Source of the DNA: a virus
Taxonomy: Duplodnaviria; Caudoviricetes
Strand: one strand, 5' to 3'
Length of the DNA stretch: 61,602 nucleotides
IMG/VR virus record: IMGVR_UViG_3300042539_001687
Span: 1-61,602 of that record
The position numbers were made by a program, and so were the translations under genes. The notes under the pieces are model-generated. The model saw nothing but the letters and a program-made list of their open reading frames with translations, was not told the origin of the DNA and did no database searches. Positions 18,881 to 27,705 of the stretch are shown piece by piece; position 1 is the first letter of the stretch, and every line of letters begins with the position of its first letter.

Positions 18881-20436
18881 AGCTGCGAGAGAACCAACGG
18901 ACGGCGGTCTCTGCTGTGTGCCAGGCCGCCAAGCGCGGCGAGCGGCGGATCGTGGTGTGCCAGCCTGTCGGATCCGGCAAGACCGAGATCATTGCCGAGC
19001 TGTGCCGGCTCGGACGGAGGCCTCTTGTGGTGGCCCCGCTGTTGGACCTGATGCGTCAGGCCCGCGACCGGCTGGAGATGCGGCTGGGAGAGAAGTGCGA
19101 CATCGAGCAGGGGGCGATGGTTGCCGAGTCGGTGGAGGGGCTGCGACGCCGAGTTATCGTCGGCTCTCGTGACAGCCTGCTCTCCCGGTCCCGATACAAA
19201 GCCAAAGCCTACGACGACGTCAGCCTGGTCTGCATCGACGAGTGCCACGTCGGGATCACGCCTCGCCTGGAGGCCATGCTGGAGCACTTCCAGAATCGGG
19301 GCGCCACGATCGTTGGCTTCTCGGCCACGCCCTACAAGGGGAAGGGCAAGGCATTGCGCTGGTGGCCTCGCCCGCAGGTCGTCTACTCGCTGAGAGAGGG
19401 CATCGACGACGGCTATCTGGTCTCGCCCAAGTGCTTTCTTTCGCAATCGACAGCGCTCGATATGTCGGCGGTCGATGAGGTGGCCGGAGACTGGGACAAG
19501 AAGCAGCTTGCCGCTGTGCTGACGGCCGAGCATTTCGTCCAGGAAGTCAGCAGCCTCGTGCTGCAGACCCACGCCCAGCAGCCGTCGGTCGTGTATGCGG
19601 CCTGCGTCCGGCAGGCGGAGCTGTTGTCTGAGGTGTTCAGCCGCTACGGAGTGCCGGCTGCCATCGTCCACTCCCGCCAGAATCCGCTGGTGCGGAAGGA
19701 CAACATGACCGCCTTCCTGTCCGGGCAGGCCAAGATCATTGTCAATGTGGGCATTCTGGGGTACGGCTGGGACTTCCCCGAACTCCGCAATATCTATATG
19801 GCGACGCCCACTCGCTCGCTGTCCCGCTACGAGCAGCGGCTGGGGCGCGGGACACGGGCTCTGCATGGCGTGATCCAGGCGGACATGACCCGCGAGGAGC
19901 GACGGGCGGCGATCGCCGCCAGCGAGAAGCCGCACTTCAACGTCTGGGACGTCACTGACAGCAGCCGCAAGCACCAGCTTCTGTCGGCCCTCGATGTCCT
20001 GGACGCCAAGATCCTGGAGAGCAAACGTCGGCGGCAGCTCAGCAAGGACCTGGCCGCTTCCGACGAGGGCGTCGCCTTTGAGGATGCCGTCAGGGAGCTG
20101 GACGCGCTGGAGTCAGCAGAGCGCGAGCAGGAGCGTGAGGCGCTGCGCGAGAAGCGCAGGGGCCTGCTTGTCGGGGTCACCTTCGAGCACGACTCTCGTG
20201 ACCTGTTCGCCGAGCCGGTGGAGCAGAAGAAGAAGCGCGGCTGGCGCATGCTCTGGAACGGGAAGTATCGCGGCGAGCTGATCGAAAATATTCCGTCTGG
20301 CTACTTGCGCTTCGTCATGAAGAGCGCTAAAAAGAAGGACGCTTTCACGGACGCCGTTTCGCGAGAGCTTGCCCGAAGGGATGCGGGCGGCCCAGTCACG
20401 CAGGGCTCAGTCAATGGCGAGCGAAGGAGCGCTTGA
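18877..20436 (+). CDS. Superfamily II (DExH) helicase
   Basis: LRENQ Q-motif, PVGSGKT, DECH, SATP, GWDFP, QRLGRGTR; C-terminal GKYRG..IPSGYL domain. Confidence 0.93.
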   Translation: MKLRENQRTAVSAVCQAAKRGERRIVVCQPVGSGKTEIIAELCRLGRRPLVVAPLLDLMRQARDRLEMRLGEKCDIEQGAMVAESVEGLRRRVIVGSRDSLLSRSRYKAKAYDDVSLVCIDECHVGITPRLEAMLEHFQNRGATIVGFSATPYKGKGKALRWWPRPQVVYSLREGIDDGYLVSPKCFLSQSTALDMSAVDEVAGDWDKKQLAAVLTAEHFVQEVSSLVLQTHAQQPSVVYAACVRQAELLSEVFSRYGVPAAIVHSRQNPLVRKDNMTAFLSGQAKIIVNVGILGYGWDFPELRNIYMATPTRSLSRYEQRLGRGTRALHGVIQADMTREERRAAIAASEKPHFNVWDVTDSSRKHQLLSALDVLDAKILESKRRRQLSKDLAASDEGVAFEDAVRELDALESAEREQEREALREKRRGLLVGVTFEHDSRDLFAEPVEQKKKRGWRMLWNGKYRGELIENIPSGYLRFVMKSAKKKDAFTDAVSRELARRDAGGPVTQGSVNGERRSA

Positions 20437-20821
20437 TGGCCGCTACGTTTGCGAGATCGGCATGTCGATGGCTGTTGAGCGGCTGCTCCGCTCCGGCTAT
20501 CAAGTCGCTCTTCCGATCATTGACGACGGGTACGACATCCTGGCGTTGGATGGCCGGCGTTGCTGGCGGCTCCAAGTCAAGGCTACCGCCCGGACGGCCG
20601 GCAAGAACAAGACCCGAGTGCGGATCTCTCGCGGGGGGCGCAAGCAACTGCGCTACGACGCGAGTCAGGTCGACGCCTTCGTCATTGCGAACATATCGAC
20701 CGGGATGCTGCTCTGCGTTCCGTTCGGGAAGGCATCCGGCAAGAGCTGGATCAACTTCTCAATCGGCACCCAGTACGCCGACTTCCAAATCCTGAGGGGC
20801 ATCAAGCCACACAAGAACTGA
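20414..20821 (+). CDS. PD-(D/E)XK endonuclease (group I intron-associated type)
   Basis: GYQVALP..GYDIL..RLQVKAT..YDASQVDAF. Confidence 0.75.
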   Translation: MASEGALDGRYVCEIGMSMAVERLLRSGYQVALPIIDDGYDILALDGRRCWRLQVKATARTAGKNKTRVRISRGGRKQLRYDASQVDAFVIANISTGMLLCVPFGKASGKSWINFSIGTQYADFQILRGIKPHKN

Positions 20822-20835
20822 CCGACAACACGAAC

Positions 20836-21115
20836 GGCTGCGCGGGTTGGGTGAACCTCTGGCGCGCAGACGCATGACTCGCGACCAGAAGGGATTTGGA
20901 CGACAGCGAGTAGGCCAGCCGCAAGCGACAGGGCCAAGTCCGACGGTCAGCACTCATGGCCGTTAAGCAGGTCGTATGTCACCCGCCGGTGCGGCAGGGT
21001 GGCCACCCGAAAGCGTCCTAACGAGCAGCGGACAGGGTGGCGGCTAACCACAGCATCACGCTGGGGATTAGTCGCCGTCCACCCATTGCGAGCCTTCAAG
21101 CAACAGACAGGGTTG
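20836..21115 (+). ncRNA. Candidate ~280-nt structured non-coding RNA (unidentified)
   Basis: Gap without a convincing ORF, filled by at least six consecutive stems; several contain G-T pairs that are valid only on the + strand. Confidence 0.45.
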
Positions 21116-21129
21116 GGTAATAGGGGCTT

Positions 21130-21405
21130 ATGAGCACTGACTATCAGGTCTCTCTACTGAGAGTTACTGGGGCCAATGGAGAACAAGCCGTTGTGGCTTG
21201 CGTGAACGGCGACGCTGGTGGCGTGCTTGGCGTCGGCGATGAGGAAGGCTGGCTTGGTCCCTGCGAGGACGTACCCAGCGTTGTGCTTGACTGCACGGAG
21301 GTGATTCAGTTGACGAACCCGAAGGATGTCAGCGCCCTCGCGGCCTGGCTCTCTGCTGCTGCCGTGTGGCTGCAGGTTCAGCTTCTAACCAAGGAGACGC
21401 CATGA
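21130..21405 (+). CDS. Hypothetical protein
   Basis: AGGGG RBS; overlaps the next start. Confidence 0.6.
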   Translation: MSTDYQVSLLRVTGANGEQAVVACVNGDAGGVLGVGDEEGWLGPCEDVPSVVLDCTEVIQLTNPKDVSALAAWLSAAAVWLQVQLLTKETP

Positions 21406-21656
21406 GCAAGTTCATTGGCAAAGCCCTCAAAGCCATCTTCGAGGACGGCGTGGGGTGCAGGTCGATCGTGGAGGCTATCGGCGGGGCGATCCGTCGCCGG
21501 CCGGTTGTGATCCTGGAGATCCGGGATGTTCAGGCCGGGTCGGACCAGCGTGCGGTGTATCGCTGGGAGGCCAGCTTCTCCAGCTACGACGAGGCGATCG
21601 CATTTGATGAGGCGGTGCGTGCCGCCTGCGAGCATGTGTCCAGGGAGGAGGAATGA
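21402..21656 (+). CDS. Hypothetical protein
   Basis: AAGGAG RBS, ATG at 21402, coupled to the next gene. Confidence 0.65.
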   Translation: MSKFIGKALKAIFEDGVGCRSIVEAIGGAIRRRPVVILEIRDVQAGSDQRAVYRWEASFSSYDEAIAFDEAVRAACEHVSREEE

Positions 21657-22345
21657 GCAATGCAGTTCTTGGAGCCTTCGCCAGTGAGTTTCAGTTTTGC
21701 GCTGTCTGCTGGTCGCGAGCCAGCCTTCACATTCACCATCTCGTCGGGGGCGCCGGCCGGAAGCACGACCGCCGCAACCTGCTGCGCCTCTGCATGTGGT
21801 GCCACGACGGGCTCCACAGCGGCGGACAGCACGACCTCTCGAAGGGAATGTGCCTCACCGCCAAGCGAGAGGTGGACGACCAGCACTACGACCCAGAGTT
21901 CCTGGCTTCCCTCCGACTGCGACGACATTTGGGTTACGGGCCAGAGCCGTACCCCGAACGCGTTCTTCGGTTCCGGCGTCGCAACGGTTTCCCGGTGGAG
22001 CTTCTAGACATGGCCATCAATAGCCGTCGGAAAGGGAAGGTCGGGGAGCTGGAGGCTGCGGCCGAGCTGAATCGGGTTGCTCCGGGAGCCCATGCCCGGC
22101 GGTCCCAGCAGCACAGCGGGACGGAGAGCGCATCCGACCTCATTGCTCCTGGCCTGCCTGGCCTGTGGCTGGAGGTCAAGCGAGTTCAGTCCCTGAACAT
22201 TCAGGCGGTGATGGAGAAGTCGCTCGAGCAGTGCGGCTCGCTGGCCCCCGTGCTCCTGCACAGGAAGAACGGGACGGACTGGCTGGTGACCTGCCGGCTG
22301 AGCGACTTGGCAACGGTGGCCGGTGAGATCCTGAGGGCTGGGTGA
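21653..22345 (+). CDS. HNH-like domain fused to a Holliday junction resolvase-like PD-(D/E)XK domain
   Basis: CAVC..HIHH..NLLRLCMWCH..H, then NSRRKGKVGELE..SDL..LEVKR..PVLLHRKNG..W. Confidence 0.75.
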   Translation: MSNAVLGAFASEFQFCAVCWSRASLHIHHLVGGAGRKHDRRNLLRLCMWCHDGLHSGGQHDLSKGMCLTAKREVDDQHYDPEFLASLRLRRHLGYGPEPYPERVLRFRRRNGFPVELLDMAINSRRKGKVGELEAAAELNRVAPGAHARRSQQHSGTESASDLIAPGLPGLWLEVKRVQSLNIQAVMEKSLEQCGSLAPVLLHRKNGTDWLVTCRLSDLATVAGEILRAG

Positions 22346-22638
22346 TGGCAGGCGATCATCACTTTTCAATCAACGGAGTGAAGTGGCTATGGCGCTACAC
22401 GGTCCTTCGCGGAGCGGCCCAGGGGTGGACGTACATGCCAGACCCCAAGAACCTGTACGTCAAGAAAAAGGTGCTCGTCGACACGCGGCTCCAGGGCCGA
22501 GCTCGACTGAACACCGAGATCCACGAGTTCCTGCACGCCGCCAACCCGACGCAGAGCGAGGAGCACGTCACCCAGCAGGGCGACGACCTGACCCGGATCC
22601 TGTGGGCGCTGGGCTACCGGCTCAAGGAGGGCCGATGA
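22342..22638 (+). CDS. Small HExxH-containing protein (possible metallopeptidase)
   Basis: IHEFLHA..SEEHV motif. Confidence 0.6.
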   Translation: MMAGDHHFSINGVKWLWRYTVLRGAAQGWTYMPDPKNLYVKKKVLVDTRLQGRARLNTEIHEFLHAANPTQSEEHVTQQGDDLTRILWALGYRLKEGR

Positions 22639-23102
22639 CGGTCTCGCTGGAGTGGTACGAGCTGAGCCGAGCGGCGCTCGTGGGCGTGTCCCGGAACGTC
22701 GAGGCCATGCGCATGGGCTGCCAGAACCGGATGCCAATCAACGACGAGTGGTCAATTCATGTGCTCGGTGCTTGCGGCGAGTGCGCGTTCGCCAAAGCCA
22801 CAGGCCGCTACTGGAGCGGAGGGGTCAACACCTTCAAGGCGGCAGCCGATGTGGGGCGTGAGATCGAGGTGCGCACCCGCTCCAAGCACACCTACGACCT
22901 GATCGTCCGGCGCGACGACAGCGATTCGAGCGCTTTCGTGCTGGTCACTGGGGGGCCGAAGGACTTCGTGGTGCACGGGTGGATGCGAGGCGAAGACGCC
23001 AAGCGGCCTGAGTTCCTGGCTGATCACGGCAATCACGGGGCGGCGTTCTTTGTTCCCAAGAGCGCTCTGCGCCCCATGCACGAACTGGAGGGCCGACTGT
23101 GA
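22635..23102 (+). CDS. Hypothetical protein, possible PD-(D/E)XK fold
   Basis: AAGGAGG RBS; GACGECAFAK..ADVG..IEVRT. Confidence 0.6.
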   Translation: MTVSLEWYELSRAALVGVSRNVEAMRMGCQNRMPINDEWSIHVLGACGECAFAKATGRYWSGGVNTFKAAADVGREIEVRTRSKHTYDLIVRRDDSDSSAFVLVTGGPKDFVVHGWMRGEDAKRPEFLADHGNHGAAFFVPKSALRPMHELEGRL

Positions 23103-23614
23103 ACACCACCACCATGCAGACGTTCTCTGGCAAGCTCATCGACCTGGCCAAGTTCACGCACCTGGACGTCAGGCTGGCTGACATCTCTCACGCCCTGAGC
23201 ATGATCAACCGGTTCACTGGTCACAGCACCTCGCCCTACTCAGTGGCCCAGCACAGCGTCCACGTGAGCCGGCTGCTGCCCGACGACCTGGCACTCTGGG
23301 GCCTGCTGCATGACGCCAGCGAAGCCTACTTGGGAGATGTCGCCACGCCGCTCAAGTCCCTACTGCCGTGCTACCAGGAGATCGAGGAGCGGGTGCAGCG
23401 GGCCGTTGCTCGCGCCTTTGGTATGCGCTGGCCGATCCCGGAGCCGGTGAAGCTGGCGGACCGCGCGGCGCTCGCGGCAGAGAAGGCTGCCCTGTTTTCG
23501 GTGCAGCACGACTGGGGATTGGGTGAGTGCATGCCGGCCAGGATCGGCGTCCCGCTCCCCTGGTACGAAGCCAAGTCAGAGTTTGAGTCCCGGTTCAAGG
23601 AGATGGTGAAATGA
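23099..23614 (+). CDS. HD-domain 5'-deoxynucleotidase (YfbR/YfdR-like)
   Basis: DISHALSMINRFTGH..YSVAQHS..LLHDASEAYLGD..PLK..D. Confidence 0.9.
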   Translation: MNTTTMQTFSGKLIDLAKFTHLDVRLADISHALSMINRFTGHSTSPYSVAQHSVHVSRLLPDDLALWGLLHDASEAYLGDVATPLKSLLPCYQEIEERVQRAVARAFGMRWPIPEPVKLADRAALAAEKAALFSVQHDWGLGECMPARIGVPLPWYEAKSEFESRFKEMVK

Positions 23615-23976
23615 AGAGTGTTGTGCAGATGGAGAGCGAGCGAGTGAAGTACCAGAGCGGTGCGGTGCGGTCCTCCGATGCGGAGGCGACGCGGTACGAC
23701 CTGGTCAGTCCGATTGGCCTGGCTGCCGTAGCGCAGGCCTGCGCAGAGGGCGCGGAGAAATACGGCGACTACAACTGGGAGCGCGGCATGCCGGCTCGCG
23801 ACATGATCAACCACGCCCTGCGGCATGTGTACCTGTTTCTGGGAGGGGACAGGAACGAGGACCATCTGGGCCACGCCGCCTGGAATCTGATGGGCGCAAT
23901 TCACTCTCTTGAGGTGTGGCCGGAGCTCAATGAGGGGACTCTTCGTACCGGCTTTTGCGAGGCGCCAGTTAAGTGA
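23611..23976 (+). CDS. dATP/dGTP diphosphohydrolase domain protein (DUF5664-like)
   Basis: SGAVRS..RYDLVSP..GAEKYGDYNWERG..RH..DHLGHAAWNL. Confidence 0.85.
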   Translation: MKSVVQMESERVKYQSGAVRSSDAEATRYDLVSPIGLAAVAQACAEGAEKYGDYNWERGMPARDMINHALRHVYLFLGGDRNEDHLGHAAWNLMGAIHSLEVWPELNEGTLRTGFCEAPVK

Positions 23977-24593
23977 CCACAGAAACGAGGGAATGGAGTC
24001 CCTCTTTCGATGCCGAGCAGGCGTGGAAGGACTTCATGGTGGGCGTCATGGCCCACACGGTAACGCTGTGTAAGTGGCTGGGTAAAAAGCACTCGGCCCG
24101 CCGGATTGCGATGCGGCAAAACGGCCCCAGCCGGCAGCTCTACAACGCTGCCGTCGCCTGGAGGTGGGTGTTTTGGGGGCCCGAGAGCGAGCTGACTCTG
24201 GAGGAGGTCTGCCTGCATCTCGGAGTAAGCGCCCCCAGAGTGCGTTCCAGGATCATGGCAGAGAGTGGGGCGCACGGGGACATAAACCAAGTGGTGGCGA
24301 AAGTCCTGTACTTGGCGGAGGTGGAGTATGCCCAGCATTGCCGAAAAGCTCCGCGTTCTGGTGGAGTGGTCGCCGTTGATTGGGCTGGTCTCCGCCGTTA
24401 CCGGAGCGTCTACCCCGTTGGATCGAGCGTTGAAGATTTTTGCCGTGTTGCGCTGGGTCGCGGACAAGACGGACACGCAAATCGACGACCACGTAGTCGA
24501 TCTGCTCGAGGACATTCTCAAGACGCCAGAGGGCCAGGCCCTGTTCGAGTACGTGCAGGCGCTCGCCACAAACCTGGCCCAGCAGGAGGTTGA
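23973..24593 (+). CDS. Hypothetical protein (possible transcription regulator); 3' part overlaps the next gene
   Basis: GTGA overlap; WVF..LTLEEVCLHLGVS..VR HTH-like segment. Confidence 0.5.
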   Translation: MTTETREWSPSFDAEQAWKDFMVGVMAHTVTLCKWLGKKHSARRIAMRQNGPSRQLYNAAVAWRWVFWGPESELTLEEVCLHLGVSAPRVRSRIMAESGAHGDINQVVAKVLYLAEVEYAQHCRKAPRSGGVVAVDWAGLRRYRSVYPVGSSVEDFCRVALGRGQDGHANRRPRSRSARGHSQDARGPGPVRVRAGARHKPGPAGG

Positions 24594-24600
24594 GTCGTGA
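24328..24600 (+). CDS. Hypothetical protein, first gene of the putative lysis cassette
   Basis: GGAGGTGGAG RBS; GGACATAAA motif at 24278; ADKTDTQIDDHVVDLL. Confidence 0.7.
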   Translation: MPSIAEKLRVLVEWSPLIGLVSAVTGASTPLDRALKIFAVLRWVADKTDTQIDDHVVDLLEDILKTPEGQALFEYVQALATNLAQQEVES

Positions 24601-24842
24601 GCGTTCTGGGCTGGGTGGCCGTGCTGAGCTTGCTGGCGGCAGTGGGGACTGCGCTGGGGCCTGCGTTCGTCGCAGTCCGGCGCTCGCCCCTGGACGTTGC
24701 CAGCCGGGCCGGGTGGGTGAACCGCCTGCTGCAGCTGGCTGAGGATGCCACCGCCGCCGAGCAGGCGTCAGTCGCATCTGCGGCTCGCGCCCTGATCGAC
24801 GCGCTCGTGGAAGGACCGAAGCCGGCCGGGAAAGGGAAGTAG
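24597..24842 (+). CDS. Membrane-anchored small protein
   Basis: AGGAGG RBS; N-terminal hydrophobic helix. Confidence 0.65.
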   Translation: MSVLGWVAVLSLLAAVGTALGPAFVAVRRSPLDVASRAGWVNRLLQLAEDATAAEQASVASAARALIDALVEGPKPAGKGK

Positions 24843-24844
24843 CC

Positions 24845-25264
24845 ATGCCGGGTCGCCATGTTCTGTCCGCCGTCCTGCTTGCGGTGGCCGTGATCGCCGG
24901 CGCCGTGTCGGCGGTGGGGGTGCCCAAGCTGCCAGTCCCCGTCGCGCCGGAAGCTGAAGGCATTCTTGCTGGCGTCTCGCGCGGCGACGCCGCCAACATC
25001 CGGGCGTTCTACGAGGCGCTCGCCGACATCGTCGCGCGGGACGGGTCCAGCTCCAAGCCGCTGGTCTCGACCACCCTCCAGCTGCGCCAGCGGCATGAGC
25101 ACGCGCTCCGCATGGCGTTTGCTCACACCGGGATCGTGGGGAAGTACCCGCAGCTGGGCGAAAAGCTCGACGCCTATCTCCTTGAGGCGATCGGCAGCAC
25201 CGACGTGCCGCTGACTCCAGACCTGCGCGACAAAGCAGCCCGGGCATTCCTTGCCGTGAAGTAG
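24845..25264 (+). CDS. Signal/anchor-bearing protein
   Basis: N-terminal hydrophobic segment, Pro-rich linker, helical domain. Confidence 0.7.
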   Translation: MPGRHVLSAVLLAVAVIAGAVSAVGVPKLPVPVAPEAEGILAGVSRGDAANIRAFYEALADIVARDGSSSKPLVSTTLQLRQRHEHALRMAFAHTGIVGKYPQLGEKLDAYLLEAIGSTDVPLTPDLRDKAARAFLAVK

Positions 25265-25272
25265 GTGCCCGG

Positions 25273-26208
25273 ATGTCGGACGTGTATTCCCCAGAAGAAA
25301 TCGTCCGCCTGTACGACAACGGGCTGTTCGGGTCGTACTGCGACCCGGAGGATACGGCGCTTCTGGTGCGCTCGCTGCCGATGCCGTTCTTCGGCAACAC
25401 GCTGGCCGAGACGGGAGCCGGCAAGCTGAGCCTGCCCTTTCAGGCGGTCGTGTCGTTCGAGCAGGCCACCGGACGGAGGCCATACGACGAGGCGCAGACG
25501 ACGGGCGATTGCGTAAGTCATGCCCTGCGAAACGCCATCGACGTAGCCCGTGCCAACGACCCTGACCTGGCCTCGACTGAGGACTGGATCGACCGGACGG
25601 CGACCGAGCCGCTGTATGGTGCGCGCGGCCACGCCGGCCAGGGGGCGGTGTGCTCACAGCTGGTGCGCTGGGCCCACCGGACAGGCGGCTGCATGCTGCG
25701 CCGAAACTACCCCGAGCTCAACCTCGACCTGTCCAAGTACAACGCTCAGATCGGGATTCGGTGGGGCATTCCTGGCGTCCCGGCTCCAGTGACGGATGCC
25801 GCCGCCAAGCACCGAGTGGGGACCATCAGCCTGATCCAGGACTGGCATCAGGCGCGCGACGCCATCGCCAACGGGTATGGCGTGCTGTGCTGCTCGGACG
25901 TGGGCTTTCGCCATTCGCGAAACGCGGACGGCATGAGCAGCCCGCAGGGGACCTGGCATCACGCGATGGCCTGGACGGCGGCGGACGACACGCGCCCAGG
26001 CGACTGCCGGTTCCTGATCCAGAACAGCTGGGGCCTGAGCTGGATCCAGGGGCCGCTGGTGCACGGCCAACCAGGCGGTTCGTTCTGGGTTAGCCAGTCT
26101 GCGGCCCAGCGGATGATTGCGCAGGGAGGGACATGGGCCGTGAGCAACGTCAGCGGATTCCCTAGGCGGCAGCTTAAGGACTGGGGAGCAAAGGCGGTGC
26201 TCGGATGA
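25273..26208 (+). CDS. Papain-like (C1) cysteine peptidase, putative lysis enzyme
   Basis: Q-TTGDCVSHA (oxyanion Gln/catalytic Cys), HHAM (His), IQNSWG (Asn). Confidence 0.85.
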   Translation: MSDVYSPEEIVRLYDNGLFGSYCDPEDTALLVRSLPMPFFGNTLAETGAGKLSLPFQAVVSFEQATGRRPYDEAQTTGDCVSHALRNAIDVARANDPDLASTEDWIDRTATEPLYGARGHAGQGAVCSQLVRWAHRTGGCMLRRNYPELNLDLSKYNAQIGIRWGIPGVPAPVTDAAAKHRVGTISLIQDWHQARDAIANGYGVLCCSDVGFRHSRNADGMSSPQGTWHHAMAWTAADDTRPGDCRFLIQNSWGLSWIQGPLVHGQPGGSFWVSQSAAQRMIAQGGTWAVSNVSGFPRRQLKDWGAKAVLG

Positions 26209-26432
26209 AGATCTCAGTCCCGCTCGTGGCAGTGTGGCTGGCGTTCGCGCCGGCCTCTGATGCGCCGCCGCCCAAGCCAGTCCCGGTCAAGTGCTGCGGC
26301 AAGTGCGGCGGGACGGGCATGGTGCCTACCGGCGACGGGATCACGAGGGTCTGGTGCGAGTGCCCAGCCACCTGCCCATGCGCTGCCAAGAGGCCCAAGC
26401 CGCAGCGCTGCGAGAACGGGGTGTGCCGATGA
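26205..26432 (+). CDS. Secreted Cys-rich small protein with CxxCxGxG motif
   Basis: Signal-like N-terminus; CCGKCGGTG..GDG..CECPATCPC. Confidence 0.65.
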   Translation: MKISVPLVAVWLAFAPASDAPPPKPVPVKCCGKCGGTGMVPTGDGITRVWCECPATCPCAAKRPKPQRCENGVCR

Positions 26433-26740
26433 GCGACGAGCGCACGGAAGACCGAATCCGGAATCTACGGGATGCAGGCGAGGAGATCGGCATCTCGCAG
26501 GTTGGTCCACGCAAAAGGTCACAGCCCGCCTTAGGCCGTTCCCGGCTGCTGGCACCTGCTACGGACGGCATGATGCAGAGTGGCAACAAGGGCGGCAATG
26601 TCCGCACGGCTATCAAGAAGGAGCGCAACACGGGGATAGGCAGGCCCCCGCCTGGCCAGAAGCTCAGGCCAGACAAGGACGGGGCGTTGGAAGTGTGGGA
26701 TCCACGCGCGGAGTATGACGCCCGAGACCATCGGACCTAG
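26429..26740 (+). CDS. Hypothetical protein
   Basis: ATGA overlap at 26429. Confidence 0.55.
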   Translation: MSDERTEDRIRNLRDAGEEIGISQVGPRKRSQPALGRSRLLAPATDGMMQSGNKGGNVRTAIKKERNTGIGRPPPGQKLRPDKDGALEVWDPRAEYDARDHRT

Positions 26741-26743
26741 CCA

Positions 26744-27007
26744 ATGAGCATGCTCGAGGGGTTGCGCTGCAACCAGCCCAAGAAAACTCCCGGCCATGAC
26801 ACCAAGTCCCACGTCGTGCGGGCCTGCAAGGAGGGCGACGAGAAGGTCGTCCGCTTCGGGCAGCAGGGCGTCGAGGGGGCGGGCGCGAACCCGCAGTCCG
26901 CAGAAGAGAAGGCCAGGCGCAAGAGCTACTACGCCAGGCACAACGCCCAAGACTCGAACCCCGACAAGTTCTCGGCCCGGTACTGGTCGCACAAGGTGAA
27001 GTGGTGA
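26744..27007 (+). CDS. Small basic phage protein
   Basis: VRFGQQG..ARRKSYYARH..KFSARYWSHKVKW motif seen in many phages. Confidence 0.7.
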   Translation: MSMLEGLRCNQPKKTPGHDTKSHVVRACKEGDEKVVRFGQQGVEGAGANPQSAEEKARRKSYYARHNAQDSNPDKFSARYWSHKVKW

Positions 27008-27009
27008 TC

Positions 27010-27399
27010 ATGTCTGCTGCCTCCACTTCAAACCCGGACGAGCTGGTGCAGCACGTGCGGTCGCGGCTGCCGTTTCGCGCCAGGCTTGTTGGCGAGGAGC
27101 GGATCAGGGACATGGTCCTGCTGGCTGTGGCGGCCTGGCCGATCGACGACTTGCTGTCCGGCGACAGCTGGAAGGACGACCGCAAGCAGGCAATCCTTGA
27201 TGCCACGCAGGCGGATGTGAGTCGGATGTATGCCGCCCTGCACGGCGAGGCGAGGTCTGGCAGCGTGCTCCTGGCGATCATTCTCCCGGCCCTGCTGTCG
27301 GCCGTGATCCAGGTGATCCTCAAGTGGTGGCTGGAGAAGCGCAACCGCAGGACCAAGATGGCTCTATGGCAGCATGCACTAAAGGGGGGCGGCAGATGA
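27010..27399 (+). CDS. Membrane protein
   Basis: C-terminal TM helix VLLAIILPALLSAVIQVIL followed by basic residues. Confidence 0.6.
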   Translation: MSAASTSNPDELVQHVRSRLPFRARLVGEERIRDMVLLAVAAWPIDDLLSGDSWKDDRKQAILDATQADVSRMYAALHGEARSGSVLLAIILPALLSAVIQVILKWWLEKRNRRTKMALWQHALKGGGR

Positions 27400-27641
27400 G
27401 CAGCGTCGATGTGTACGAGACGGCCCTCAAGATGGTTGAGCGGTACGGGTTCGGGCTGGCGCTGGCAACCGCCGTGCTGTGGTTTGTGCGCGTGGACATC
27501 GTGATCCCGATGGTGGAGTCGCACCAGCAGTTCTTGCGCGACATGACGACCACCCAAAAAGAAATCACGTCTGCCGTCCAGGAGCAGACCAAGCTGCTGT
27601 GGGCCATGCAGCCAGAGCGATCCGGCCAGCCGCCCGAGTAG
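27396..27641 (+). CDS. Holin-like single-TM protein
   Basis: ERYGFGLALATAVLWFV TM segment plus coiled-coil tail; ends the lysis-like cassette. Confidence 0.55.
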   Translation: MSSVDVYETALKMVERYGFGLALATAVLWFVRVDIVIPMVESHQQFLRDMTTTQKEITSAVQEQTKLLWAMQPERSGQPPE

Positions 27642-27705
27642 TGTCGGGTCGCGCTCGGAGGCGGCCTGCTGGTAGGCTGAACTCCCGTACACGGGTGCGC
27701 GCGCG

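Noticed and set aside
20414-21129. Group I intron with homing endonuclease
   Set aside because: No interrupted host gene evident and I could not identify P7 core sequences; kept only as an unidentified structured region
23099-23976. Z-base (2-aminoadenine) genome system
   Set aside because: No PurZ-like adenylosuccinate synthetase homologue or DNA polymerase recognised
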